In this document: positions 1 to 13,700 of the stretch, one piece after another
Position numbering within the stretch: the stretch's first letter is position 1
How the letters are laid out: every line of letters starts with the position of its first letter
Assembly: GCF_009914755.1 (NCBI RefSeq)
Contig: NC_060935.1
Direction: 5' to 3' (one strand)
Length of the DNA stretch: 64,000 nt
Source of the DNA: the human T2T-CHM13v2.0 reference genome, Homo sapiens
Made by a program: the position numbers and the translations under genes
Notes under the pieces: model-generated
Told to the model about the DNA's origin: nothing
The model's database searches: none
What the model saw: only the letters and a program-made list of their open reading frames with translations

Positions 1-1094
1 AACTACCATATTTTTCAGAAGAAAACACACGTCAGCACATTTCTCTGACATCATGATGAACAGCATCATTTTTCTTTTATGCATTCAGAAAAATACGTGC
101 AAAAATGACAAAAACCTGAAATCAACCTCATGGCTCCAAATCCCAACGTCAAACCAGAGTTTAGCGACGGACGCCAACCCCTGAGAGTCACAAAGCCTTC
201 CCTCACTTTTTTTTCTTAACCAACCAAACAAGCAGCAGTGACCCCTTTGCCTTCGAGGGCCACTCAGCTGACCAAGGGCAGCCCAGACGCTGCTGGCCCC
301 CACCCAGCCCCCAGGCCGAACAAGCACCCAGAGCACACGCAATGCCCTGACATACCCAGCACACCAGGACTGGGATCCAGTTCCTCAACCCGCAAAGCTC
401 CGTAGGGGAAAAGTGCCTCACAACGCAACAAGAAGCTCCTCCCAAGGGTCTCAACACTGAGCTGTGAGTCCCTGGGGGACACTCGGGAACTCCAATGGGG
501 AAGAATACAGTGCGTTAGGAAGCCAGTGGGTGGGGAAGTCTATGCCCCACGGACACAAGGGCGGGACACAGGAGGTGGGTGGACGGCACCAGCCCCGTAG
601 GGCATCTGTGAGCTCTGCCACGGGCTCCCAGTGTTTTGGAGCCTGAGAAGGAGACTGACCTGTGTGGCAAGAAACTATAAGCAGCTTATATAAAAATGTG
701 GACTGGAAAGCCACAGCAGCCTCCCCAAAGGAAGCCCGACAGGAAGCGGGGCAGGAGGAGCAGGTCCTTAGGGAAAAAGGCAAGAGGAAGAGGGAGGACT
801 GGGAGGGGAGCCTGCACAGGTGGCTCCGCAGCCCCCCTGGGCCACCACACAGCCACGCTGACCTCTGGCATCATGGCCTCCAGCAGGCTGCCCACCCCTG
901 GCTCCCCAGCGCTCAGGTCATGCCTGAACTGGCCCTCAGGAAGTGGGGGGTTCCTGGTGACCACAGGTGCCCACCCACCCCAGGGCTTCTCCAGGACAGG
1001 TGGGGGGAGCCAGGATGGACGAAGGCAGGGCAGGGGCAGAGCTGCACAGGGGGGACCAGTAGGAGGCGGGGCTGCCACAAAGAAAAGGGGGGCA

Positions 1095-2238
<1,144 letters not shown>

Positions 2239-2694
2239 TCACGAGGGCTTCCGAGAGACTCGGCCCCTGCTCTCCTCACTGTCCTGACAGGCTGAGGCGG
2301 CTGTCGTCCCCGGCCGACAGGGCTGGACGGCTCTAGGCAGATTCTCGCCGGCGGCCGGCGCAATTCTGCCTCTCAGAGAGAGCTTAGTGCCGCGGGTTTC
2401 GCCCGTTCCCGCCGCCGGCGGAAGCCGAGTCAGCCCGAGGCCGAGCCGAGACGAGCCGAATGTCCCCGAGGCCGAATGCTCCCGAACGTCGGTTCTCCAC
2501 CTCTTCCCTTCCGAAAGTGCCCGAGCGGTGCCGGACGGACTAATCGGGCCTCGGCCGTGGCTCGGACGTCCGCTCCCGAAACGCGGCGCGGTCGGGCCCC
2601 TTCGTCAGGAGACGCGAAAATGGCCGAAGGAGCGCGAGCGCGCGGGCCGAGAGGCTGCCGGGATCGCGACGGACCGGCGGGCGGGGCGGGTAAG

Positions 2695-2713
2695 ATGGCG
2701 GCCCCGCGGCGAG
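2695..2713 (+). CDS. TMEM80: TMEM80 coding exon 1 (MAAPRRG); upstream in-frame ATGs at 2476 and 2620
   Basis: aagATGG Kozak context; donor G|gtgagc at 2714; frame joins exon 2. Confidence 0.9.
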
Positions 2714-3362
2714 GTGAGCTCGGGCGGGGTGGGGGCTTCCGGGCTTGCAGCGGCGGGCGCGGCGTTTCCCTGTGGTGACAATCCGGTTTCCGCTTTCGGT
2801 GCGCTCACGGGGCCGTGCCACTGTCTCTACGTGAGCGAGACAGCTCCGTCACCCCATCGAGAAGCGCGGCCTGGCCTGGCCTGGGTGGCGGGCGTCCTGC
2901 ACTCCGAAGAGCTCCCCCGCGCGCGGGCGCCTGGCCCCGGGCAGGGTGGGTGCGGAGCGGCTCTGGGGGCCCCAGTCCCCGGCAGCTCTTGTCCCGCGCG
3001 TGGTTTTTGTGAAGACACGTGGGCGGGATGGGCGCAGGGTTTCGGTAGCCTTGGAACTCTCGCCAAAGAAAATCGCGGGCGCCGGTGCCTCAGCCGTCCT
3101 GCCTGAGAGACTCGCCTCCGAGAGGAGGAAGGGACAGACCAAAGCAGTAAATCGGCCATCCTGCAGAGGAGCCGCCTTCTGCTGTCTGTGGGTACAGCCA
3201 GAACTCCCATACGCGGGCGCTGAAGTGCCAAACCTTCGTGCGTGTTCTCTAGTAATTAGGTGCATTGTTTTGAAGGAATAAAGAATGGCTACTCCATAGG
3301 CAGGACAGCCTCTAGTAACCAGGTTTGTTTTGTGTATTTTCATTTGGTTAAAAATTAAGTTT

Positions 3363-4263
<901 letters not shown>

Positions 4264-5870
4264 CTAAGTGTATACCAAAACAAGATTTCTTAACACATCT
4301 TGTCCATTACATCAGGGAAAACACTTGTTCTCTTTCACTTCCATGTTTAACTTCTGCCTGACACAGCTATTCGTAGCCACATTGTGATTATAGTAAGTCA
4401 CTGACAAAAAATGTTGTCCTGAAAGCCAAGGCTACGTTCGGTCAGAATGAGCTCCTGCAGGTCTGGAATTGTTAGAACAGCGTATCTGGTTATAGCCGCC
4501 CTTCATATTAATTATTAAAATGTTACATCACTTAAGGCTTTTATACAGTTTTTCCCCCAAGCCCCATAACTTCAATCTATAACAGTGAGCAACTAGCAGA
4601 CACATTGGAAGTGTTTAAGAAGCCAGCCTTTAAGAAAAGGAACAGAAGGGACAAAAACCCCAATTAATGCGAAATCATCACAGATAATGACAGGTATTTA
4701 GGTGGCCTGGTTTAGCTAAGGCCTGGAAAAGAACAGATCGGGTTTAAAGAGTGGCCTGCCGGGAACGCGATGCGGCGTGGTCTGCCGTGCACTTGGCTTC
4801 CTGCTTCCATCCTGTGGTGCCTCTTCCAGGAGCCCAGTTCTGAGTCTCTGATGCCGATGTCCTGTATTTACTGGCTTAAAACTCTTGCCTGTGTGAGATT
4901 CCACAAACTCTGGCACAGAAGGCCCCAGATCTGCCCAAGAAGCTGTGGGATCAGCCACAAAATCTCACCAACGCCAGGTTTCTGTCCTGCCCTCCCTGGC
5001 GCTGAAGGGGAAATAGAACAGAGGCTGTGTTCAGGTTGCTGTCCTGCCTGCCGCCCAGCGGTGCAGCTTGAGCCTCCTTTTATGAGAGGTTTCCACCCAA
5101 TTCTAGATGTGTATTGAGGTATCTACACATGGAGGGACGTGCACATATCACACGTGCAACTGGCCTGAGCCCTTTTCAGACAATTAGTCCGCTCCAGGTC
5201 AGCGTGGATCCAGGGTGAGTCAGAGGCGTCTTCAGATGCAAAACCTCAGAATCAAAAAGGAGGAAAGAGACTCCACTCACTCCTCGGGCTTCCTGTCATC
5301 TCTCAGGTGGGGGTGGGAGAAGGCCCAAGAGGTTGCATGATAAAAAGACTGGACAGCTGCATTGCTGGTTTGGAAAATCCTTATTTTTGGAGGGATATTT
5401 GGGGATAAAATTTCAGAGGAAAGCAAATGTCTCATCAATCATGAAAAAAGATTTGTTACAACCTAAGTCAGAAAAGGTTTTCATCTAGTCATATATGTGT
5501 GGCAAATACGGAGAAGCCACAGACGGTGAGCCACAGACAATGAGAGCAGCTGTTGGGGTGGGCTCCAGGGTGCTGCTTTCCCTGAGGGCCAGCTGGGTCT
5601 GGCCCAGGTTCACTTCCCACCCCGGTGCCCCCGGTACTCGCTGTCTCCAGCCTCAGGTTCTGAAAGGCAGAGACTCCTAGCCTCATTGAAGGATGGTTAG
5701 AGAGGCACGGGAGCTATCTAGTGGCAGGCCCACGGTATATGTTTGCTGCTTTCTACAAATACGAGATCAAAGGAAAATAAAGCAGGGGTGGTTCCTGTCA
5801 GTGTGGAGCGAGACCCGGGAAAGCATCCTGGTGGCTGTCAGGCCTTGCTCACGGCCCCTTTCTCTTTCAG

Positions 5871-5890
5871 GGAGAGGATCCTCCACAGTG
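5871..5890 (+). CDS. TMEM80: TMEM80 exon 2, 20-nt microexon (RGSSTV)
   Basis: Acceptor cccctttctctttcag, donor gtatcc; needed to keep frame between exons 1 and 3. Confidence 0.85.
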
Positions 5891-7122
5891 GTATCCTGCT
5901 GCGTGCCCCTCCAGGACAGCACCCAGAGGCCCGAATTGCTGCTGCACAGAGAGCACTCGGCCTCACCCCACGTTTTCCCTAAGTTCTGTCTAGTAATTCC
6001 ACTTTGGAGAGGGGGGTGTTCCTTGACAGATTTAGAGAGTTGATGTAACTTCCTCGGATCAGTTCTGCTGGCTCCATCCCCTACCTGCTCAGCCCTGCAC
6101 AAAGTGGCTAAGCACGCCACACTGCCGGCTCCCAAGGCGATGGCCACCTGCCTCTGTCTCGGCCGCTAGTGGCAGGAAGATGGAAATCCCTCACTTTGTC
6201 CCTAGATTCATTTTATTTTATTTTTGTTTGTTTATGTTTTTTTAAGGACAGAGCCTTCCTCTCACCCAGGCTGGAGTGTGGCAATCACAGCTCACTGCAG
6301 CCTCAGCCTCCTGAAGCTCTGGCATCAGGCGGGAGCCACTGTGCCTGGCCCCATAGACTCATGTTAGCATAAACAAATAGGAAATGTACACAGCTCAGGA
6401 AATGGCTACTAGATACTTAAGTCCCCCAAACAGAAATATATTTCCTCTGAAGAAACTGAAAAAAGTGGCCGGGCGCAGTGGCTCATGCCTGTAATCCCAA
6501 CACTCTGGGAGGCTGAGGTGGACAGATCACTTGACACCAGGAGTTTCAGACCAGCCTGGCCAACATGGTGAAACCCTGTCCCTACTAAAAATACAAAAAA
6601 TTAGCTGGGCATGGTTTTGCACGCCTGTAATCCCAGCTACTCAGGAGGCTGAGGCAGAAGAATCACTTGAACCCAGGAGGCGGAGGTTGCAGTGAGCCAA
6701 GATTGTGCCACTGCACAGTGTCCAGTCTGGGCAACAGAGCAAGACTCTATCTCAAAAAAAAAAAGAAAATGACAAAGTTATTTTTTCTCTCTTAACTCAT
6801 AACTGGGGCCAAAGGCAGGGTGACATCACTGGGGATGCCAGTGTGTGGAGGCTGTCCCCTGACCAGTCCTGTCCACAGTCAGGAGGGCAGGGGCTGCAGT
6901 GCACAGACCGCATTGTTGTGGCATGGAGGGGGGTCCCACAAAGGCCTTGTCAGCTCATGGGACCACATTGGCAGCCAGCATAGTGACAGAAGCCTCAGAT
7001 AGGCAGTGAGCCATTGCCAAGACTCCATGGTCCCTTGGTGTCTGTGGCCACCAAACAGATGACAGAACCAGCCCCTCTTGTTCAGCCACCTGGGAGGCTG
7101 CTCCCAAGCCTGTTGAGCTTGA

Positions 7123-7744
<622 letters not shown>

Positions 7745-9781
7745 TAAGAGTTGCTATCTGTTTCCACAGCCTTTCAAGAGTAATTATTTTATAGTGTGGT
7801 TCTCAGAGACATTTTTTATCCAAACTGCTTACCCAGTTGCTTTGCAGGCTCACCTTACAGTGTCATTAAGTATTAATCAAGAAGTTTTGTCCCAGAGACA
7901 AATAACACTGGGGGCATCGTTGGGAGAGACTCTGTGTTTGGAAGCATGTCTTGTAGAAGCCACTGGGTAATGGCACTGAGATCAGAAGCCCAGCCCACCA
8001 CCACATCTGGAGCTCCGGAATATTCACCAGCACCCCTTTCCTTCCCCTTGCCCTTAGCTGTCTGAGGAGAGAGCCCTGGAGAGTTCTGCCAGGTCCCAAA
8101 AGGCAGCAGAGTCTGGAGGGGTGGGAGCCCCCAGCCTCCCCACTCCAGCTCTAGGGATCCCCAAGTCTGCAACCCCTTCCAGTGACCTACTTTTTTTGAG
8201 ACGAGGTCTCACTCTGTTGCCCAGGCTGGAGTGCAGTGGTGCAGTCACAGCTCACTGCAGCCTTGACCTCCTGGGCTTGAGCAATCCTCCTGCCTCAGCC
8301 CTCCCCTCCTCCCAAGTAGCTGGGATTACAGGCACCTGCCACCACGCCCAGCTAATTTTGTTTTGTTTTGTTTTGTTTTTTTTTGGTAGAGACGAGACAA
8401 GGTTTCTTTTTTTTTTTTTTTTTTTTTTGAGACAGAGTCTCGCTCTGTCGCCCAGGCTGGAGTGCAGTGGCGTGAACTTGGCTCACTGCAAGCTCCACCT
8501 CCTGGGTTCATGCCAGTCTCCTGTCTCAGCCTCCCGAGTAACTGGGACTACAGGTGCCCGCCACCACGCCCGGCTCATTTTTGTATTTTTAGTAGAGATG
8601 GGGTTTCACCGTGTTGGCCAGGATGGTTTCCATCTCCTGACCTCCTGATCCGCCCACCTCGGCCTCCCAAAGTGCTGGGATTACAGGCGTGAGCCACCGC
8701 GCCCGGCCGGAGACAGGGTTTCACTATGTTACCCTGGTTGGTCTTGAACTCTTGGGCTCAAGCAATCTGCCCACCTTGGCCTCCCAAAGTGCCTGGCCTC
8801 ACTCCCCTTTTTTTAACCACACAATTTGTTCAAGGGTATGTTCTTGTACAAGATTCAAGGGGTGCAGAAGTAAAACATGGAAATTCGCCCTCCCCAGAGC
8901 TCACCTCTGTGGCCAGCGGGGTGCAGACTTCCAGCCCTCTGCGTGCTCATGGTCGTAACATGTGCACCTAAACACACGTGTTTGTGAAACATTGTCCTGC
9001 CGTGGGGAACGCAATGGGCACTTCCAGGGCGCTGTGCCCCTGCCAGGCTGGAATCTTGGGCCCCTCTTGTTCACATACAGATACACCCCTGATGCCTGAT
9101 GTCCAGTGAGGAACCAAGGCTGCGGGGAAGGGTGGCCCCCACCCTTCCTCTTGTTATCAGGCCTCAGACACACTAGGAGGATGGAGGCGAGTTCTCTCAG
9201 CTGCCCATCCCACTGAGGGGTGCCCGGCCGTCAGTGTCTTGTCTGCACTTACGTCCCAGAACCTCTAGAGCTTGCCCCCCAGGGCGGGCACTGCTGGGAG
9301 GGTGCGAGCACCGCTGCGGCACAGAGGCCCGGTTCTTGGCTGATCTTCTGGGGCCTGGGCCTGCCCTGAGGTGGTGGGGACAGGGTGTGGCCTGGCCCTG
9401 CTGGGGGCTGCTAGGCCAACGGGACCCTCCCCAAGCGCGCCGCACACTGCAGGGTCTCCAGGCACCTGGGCTCAGCTAGTGACTGACCCATTTGTTTGCT
9501 AAATACGCAGTTTTGTTTTTAATACATACTCGTGAAATTTTCCAGAACTGGCCTTGGACCAGAGAAAAATACTTTGGGAATTTTTCAAAAAAATCCCTTC
9601 AGTTCCACTTGGAATTAGGAAAACGTGGCAGATGCACTTGAATCATTTTAGAAACCAAATTCACCCCCGCCCACACAGCCGACCCAGAAGACCCAGAGAC
9701 AGATCAAACCATGCTGTTGCAGGGGCACCTCCCCCAGGAGGGGCTCACGCCTGTGTTGCCCATGCTCTCTGGCTCTCCTGA

Positions 9782-10150
<369 letters not shown>

Positions 10151-10730
10151 CTACGGACACCCGGGATACCCCACACTGGGGCCCTCCTCCTGGGCCTGAC
10201 CAGTCCCCCAGCTGTCACCTCCCCATTCCTGGACAGGAAGGGCACTTTTCCTAGTGACTGGCCATAGATGGTTTTGGATGGTTCCATCTGTTCTGGCAGG
10301 AGTGGGAGCAGGAGCCAGGGCAGAACAAACTGCTGGAGGCCCTGGTGTTGGGAACAGCTGCGGGGAGGGTAGGGACCAGACAGAACTGCCTTCAAGATGA
10401 GTCCCAGGAGCGCACACTCAGCCCTGTCAGTGGGGTCTGGCTTTAGCAGCCAGGCCTCCACAGACCCCCATGGGCCCCCAGGGCCGAGAGGGAGGACAGA
10501 GCCCTTCAGAACAGAGGCCTCATCTCACTGCATCCCCCATCACCCCCTAGTTCCCCAATGGTCCTAATTTGTGTTCTGAGATCCCAGTTTACTCCGTGGC
10601 CAGGCCCCACCTGTGTTTCCAAGTCGGGCTGGAGACGCAGGATGGGGTAGGCCTTGTGCTCTGAGCAACCCCAGCTCTGCCTCACAGGCAGGCAGGCCCG
10701 GTGCAAGAGTGGACTCTGGGTTCCTAAAGC

Positions 10731-11107
10731 AATAAATGCAAACAAGCCAACAGCTCTGCTGCCTAGCAATTTCCATCTTAGCCACACTTCTCCCTTCAGG
10801 GGCTTCGGAGGAGAGGTCAGGGCTAAGGCCGGGGATGAGACTGCAGGAGAGAGAGCAGCGGAGGGCCACATTCGGAGCCTCCGTCCACTCCAGTTTTATC
10901 AGCTTTTGCCTTTTGCACGGAGTGCTAAACAAATTCTAGCTCTGTGTTTTTTTCCCATTCCCAGATTTACTATCAGTTCTCCTTAAAAAGTATCTAAGCT
11001 GTTACAGTAGCTTTCCCTTCACTTGATTCTATTGTGTGTTTTCTATGTTTGGAATAATTACACCCAAATATCTAGATATTTTCTCTTCACCGCATTTTGT
11101 AAATAAA
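10731..11107 (+). terminator. TMEM80: TMEM80 polyadenylation signals (AATAAA at 10731 and 11102)
   Basis: Two canonical hexamers in the 3' UTR; the distal one ends an AT-rich UTR segment. Confidence 0.75.
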
Positions 11108-12879
11108 GAGATGTGTATGCCTCCCTGAATTCTCCTAATTATGGCCACCTCCCCCACCCCATCTCCAGTTCTCCTGCCCTGCAAGAGAGCACACCCCACT
11201 TGCCAGCTGGTCAGTTCCTGGCTGGCCTCGCCCTCGGGCCCTGGCTGCCGGGCGCCTTCCGCTCGGTGGACTCCTGAGGGCAGGAGGCTGCGGGACTGTC
11301 CTGGGCCTCCACTGGGGCTCCCTCGGCTGGGGTGGCTGTGGCTGTGGCACCTGGACAGTCTTTCCTGCCTGTCTTCGTGGAAGCGGTGGGAGCACCCAGT
11401 TGTCCTGGGCCGACTTCCTTTGACCTGTCTGTGGCCCCCAGTGGCCACGGTGAGCTGCAGGACAGCCCTGAGGACCCACTTCACACACCAGCGCCTGAGC
11501 GCCTCGGGCCACCTCCCTCACCAGCGCCTGCACTCGCAGAAGACCAGCTGGGCACACCTGCCATCTGGAGGACCCAGCCCACAAACCATGCAGACCAGGG
11601 AAGGACCCCCTCCCTGAAGCTGGAGACCTGTTGCCTTCATGGTTAATGGATCCTGATACCTCCAGTCTCAGCGAGCACACAAAGGCAGTGGTCACCTGTT
11701 CCACAGGGAACGCCATGGCTCCAGGTGACCCGGAGTGGATGGGGCCCGAGAGACCAGCCTGGACTGTCTCCTGAGGGCAGGCTCCGCACTCAAAATCGTG
11801 TTGACAGGCACCCGTTTAGGAGTGGAGAGGGACCCCACCCCCCAGCTGTCCTCTCCAGCGCCTGTTTCCCACTTGGCCACTCCCAGCTCTGCCTCCAGGA
11901 AGGGTGAGGGCACGGGTGCACCGAGGGGTTGGCGTGTGTGACCCTGAGCTCTGGGTCAGGGCAAGCTCATGCATGGAGCAGGATCACGGCAGGTTCCTGG
12001 AGATCAAACGGCAAAGGCTGTAAACCAGGAAGCCAGGTCTTGCCTGGGCTCAGGGGCAGGCACTGGGCCCGAAGGAGGAGGGCCACTTCCTGCCAGCCCT
12101 CCACCGAGCTCACCTATGGCGCCTCCCCAGGAAGTGCTCCGGCCAGCCCAGGGTAAACACGCTAGCCCTGCCCCTCTGGGACCATAGCCCGGGGACCCAG
12201 ACTCTTGGCCACGCTCATTCCCACCCCTACCCAGGACCGGCAGCCGGAGCCTTGGGTCCCTGCATGGGCCTGGGGCGCCCTGTGCCCCTTCACCTCCTCC
12301 TCGTCCAGTTGACTGCTGTGGCAGCCGGTGCTACCCGCTGTGTCCACTGCACCCTGGCCCTGTTCTGAGCGGTCACAGCAGCTGGGGAGAAGGGCCATCC
12401 TGGAAGCCGGGCAGATGAGGACGGAACCAGACAGTCCCACTGTGGTGGGCAGAGGTGGGGCCTGGGCCTGACCACGGGGCAGTGCAAGGAGAGAGGCATC
12501 CTGAGAGGGCCTGAGGTGTCCCCACCTCCCCTGATACCCCATCCCTCAGTGCCCAGGCTGGGCAGAAAGGGGGGCCTGGAGGAGCAGCTGCACTGTGAAC
12601 TCAGGGCTCCAGGCCTGGGGTGGGCATGGTTGGGTCCTGCCTGACACCCACCCACTCACCGAAGCCTCTGCCCCTGGGCCTGCGGTGGGCCCGGTAAGGG
12701 AAGTGACTCTGCCCCATGCCTGGGGCACCTGAGGGGTGCACCTGGCCCGGCGGAGGCTCTGACCTCCCCAGGGCTGGAGCCCTCCCCAGCAATGCGCCAG
12801 CGCTGCCCCCGAAGTCCCATTGGCAGCGTTCCCCCGTCCCCCGGCCTGCTGGGGCGCAGCTAGGCCCTGCCCAAGGAAG

Positions 12880-13700
12880 AGCTCGAGGCCTCGCCCTGCT
12901 CATCCCGCGGAGGCGGCCCTGCGCCCCGCCTGTCCCCAGCGCCCCAGCTCTAGGGGCTAGGCCCGCGGAGGGGCACACCAGGCGGGTGTTGGGGAGGACG
13001 CAGAGGGCTGGGGCTGGAGCCCAGGCGGGGCAGGGGGCGGGGCGGAGCTGGGTCCGAGGCCGGCGGGGGCGCCTCCATCCCACGCCCTCCTCCCCCGCGC
13101 GCCCGCCCGCTCTCGGGTGACTCCGCAACCTGTCGCTCAGGTTCCTCCTCTCCCGGCCCCGCCCCGGCCCGGCCCCGCCGAGCGTCCCACCCGCCCGCGG
13201 GAGACCTGGCGCCCCGGCCGAGGCGCGAACAGACGGACGCACCGGCGAGCGCCGAGGGGACAGGCCGAGCGCGGGGCGCCGGAGGCAGGTGAGCGCTGCG
13301 GACACGGGGGAGCGCGCCCGCCCGGGCCTCAGTTTACCCGGTGGCGATGGGACGCGGGGCTTCTGGTTCAGGACACCGGGACGAACGCGGCGTCGCAGGG
13401 CGCGGGGCACTTGGAGGGCGGCCGGGCCGAGGGCGCGGGGCAAGGGGCTGGGGGCCTGGTCGAGTCCCCACCTCTCCTGGACGGGTCCTGCTGCAGCCCG
13501 GCCTGCCCCCGTCGGTCCTGGGCGGCGGCCGGCGAGCAAGGATATTTTTAAGCCAGCGATGGGTGACTCACCTGCCCCGTCCTGCCCACTCCCAGCTCTG
13601 GGGCTTGGTGGGGGCAATCCCTGCGTCCGGAGAGCGCTGGTGGTAGGGAGGCTTCTCCCGGTTCTGTGAGCAGCAGGACCCTCCCGAGGGCCTGACCGTG
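12880..13700 (+). promoter_or_regulatory. EPS8L2: EPS8L2 CpG-island promoter
   Basis: CpG-rich; GC boxes (ggggcggggcgg near 13033-13045). Confidence 0.85.
13200..13288 (+). other. EPS8L2: EPS8L2 non-coding exon 1 (5' boundary approximate)
   Basis: Strong donor CAG|gtgagc at 13289 inside the CpG island, upstream of the ATG exon. Confidence 0.75.

Noticed and set aside
3270-3312. Short segment resembling MER41-group LTR sequence (aaagaatggctactccatagg)
   Set aside because: Too short to assign without a search.
10506-10932. Antisense ORFs of about 120 aa in the TMEM80 3' UTR
   Set aside because: No promoter, splice or homology support visible.
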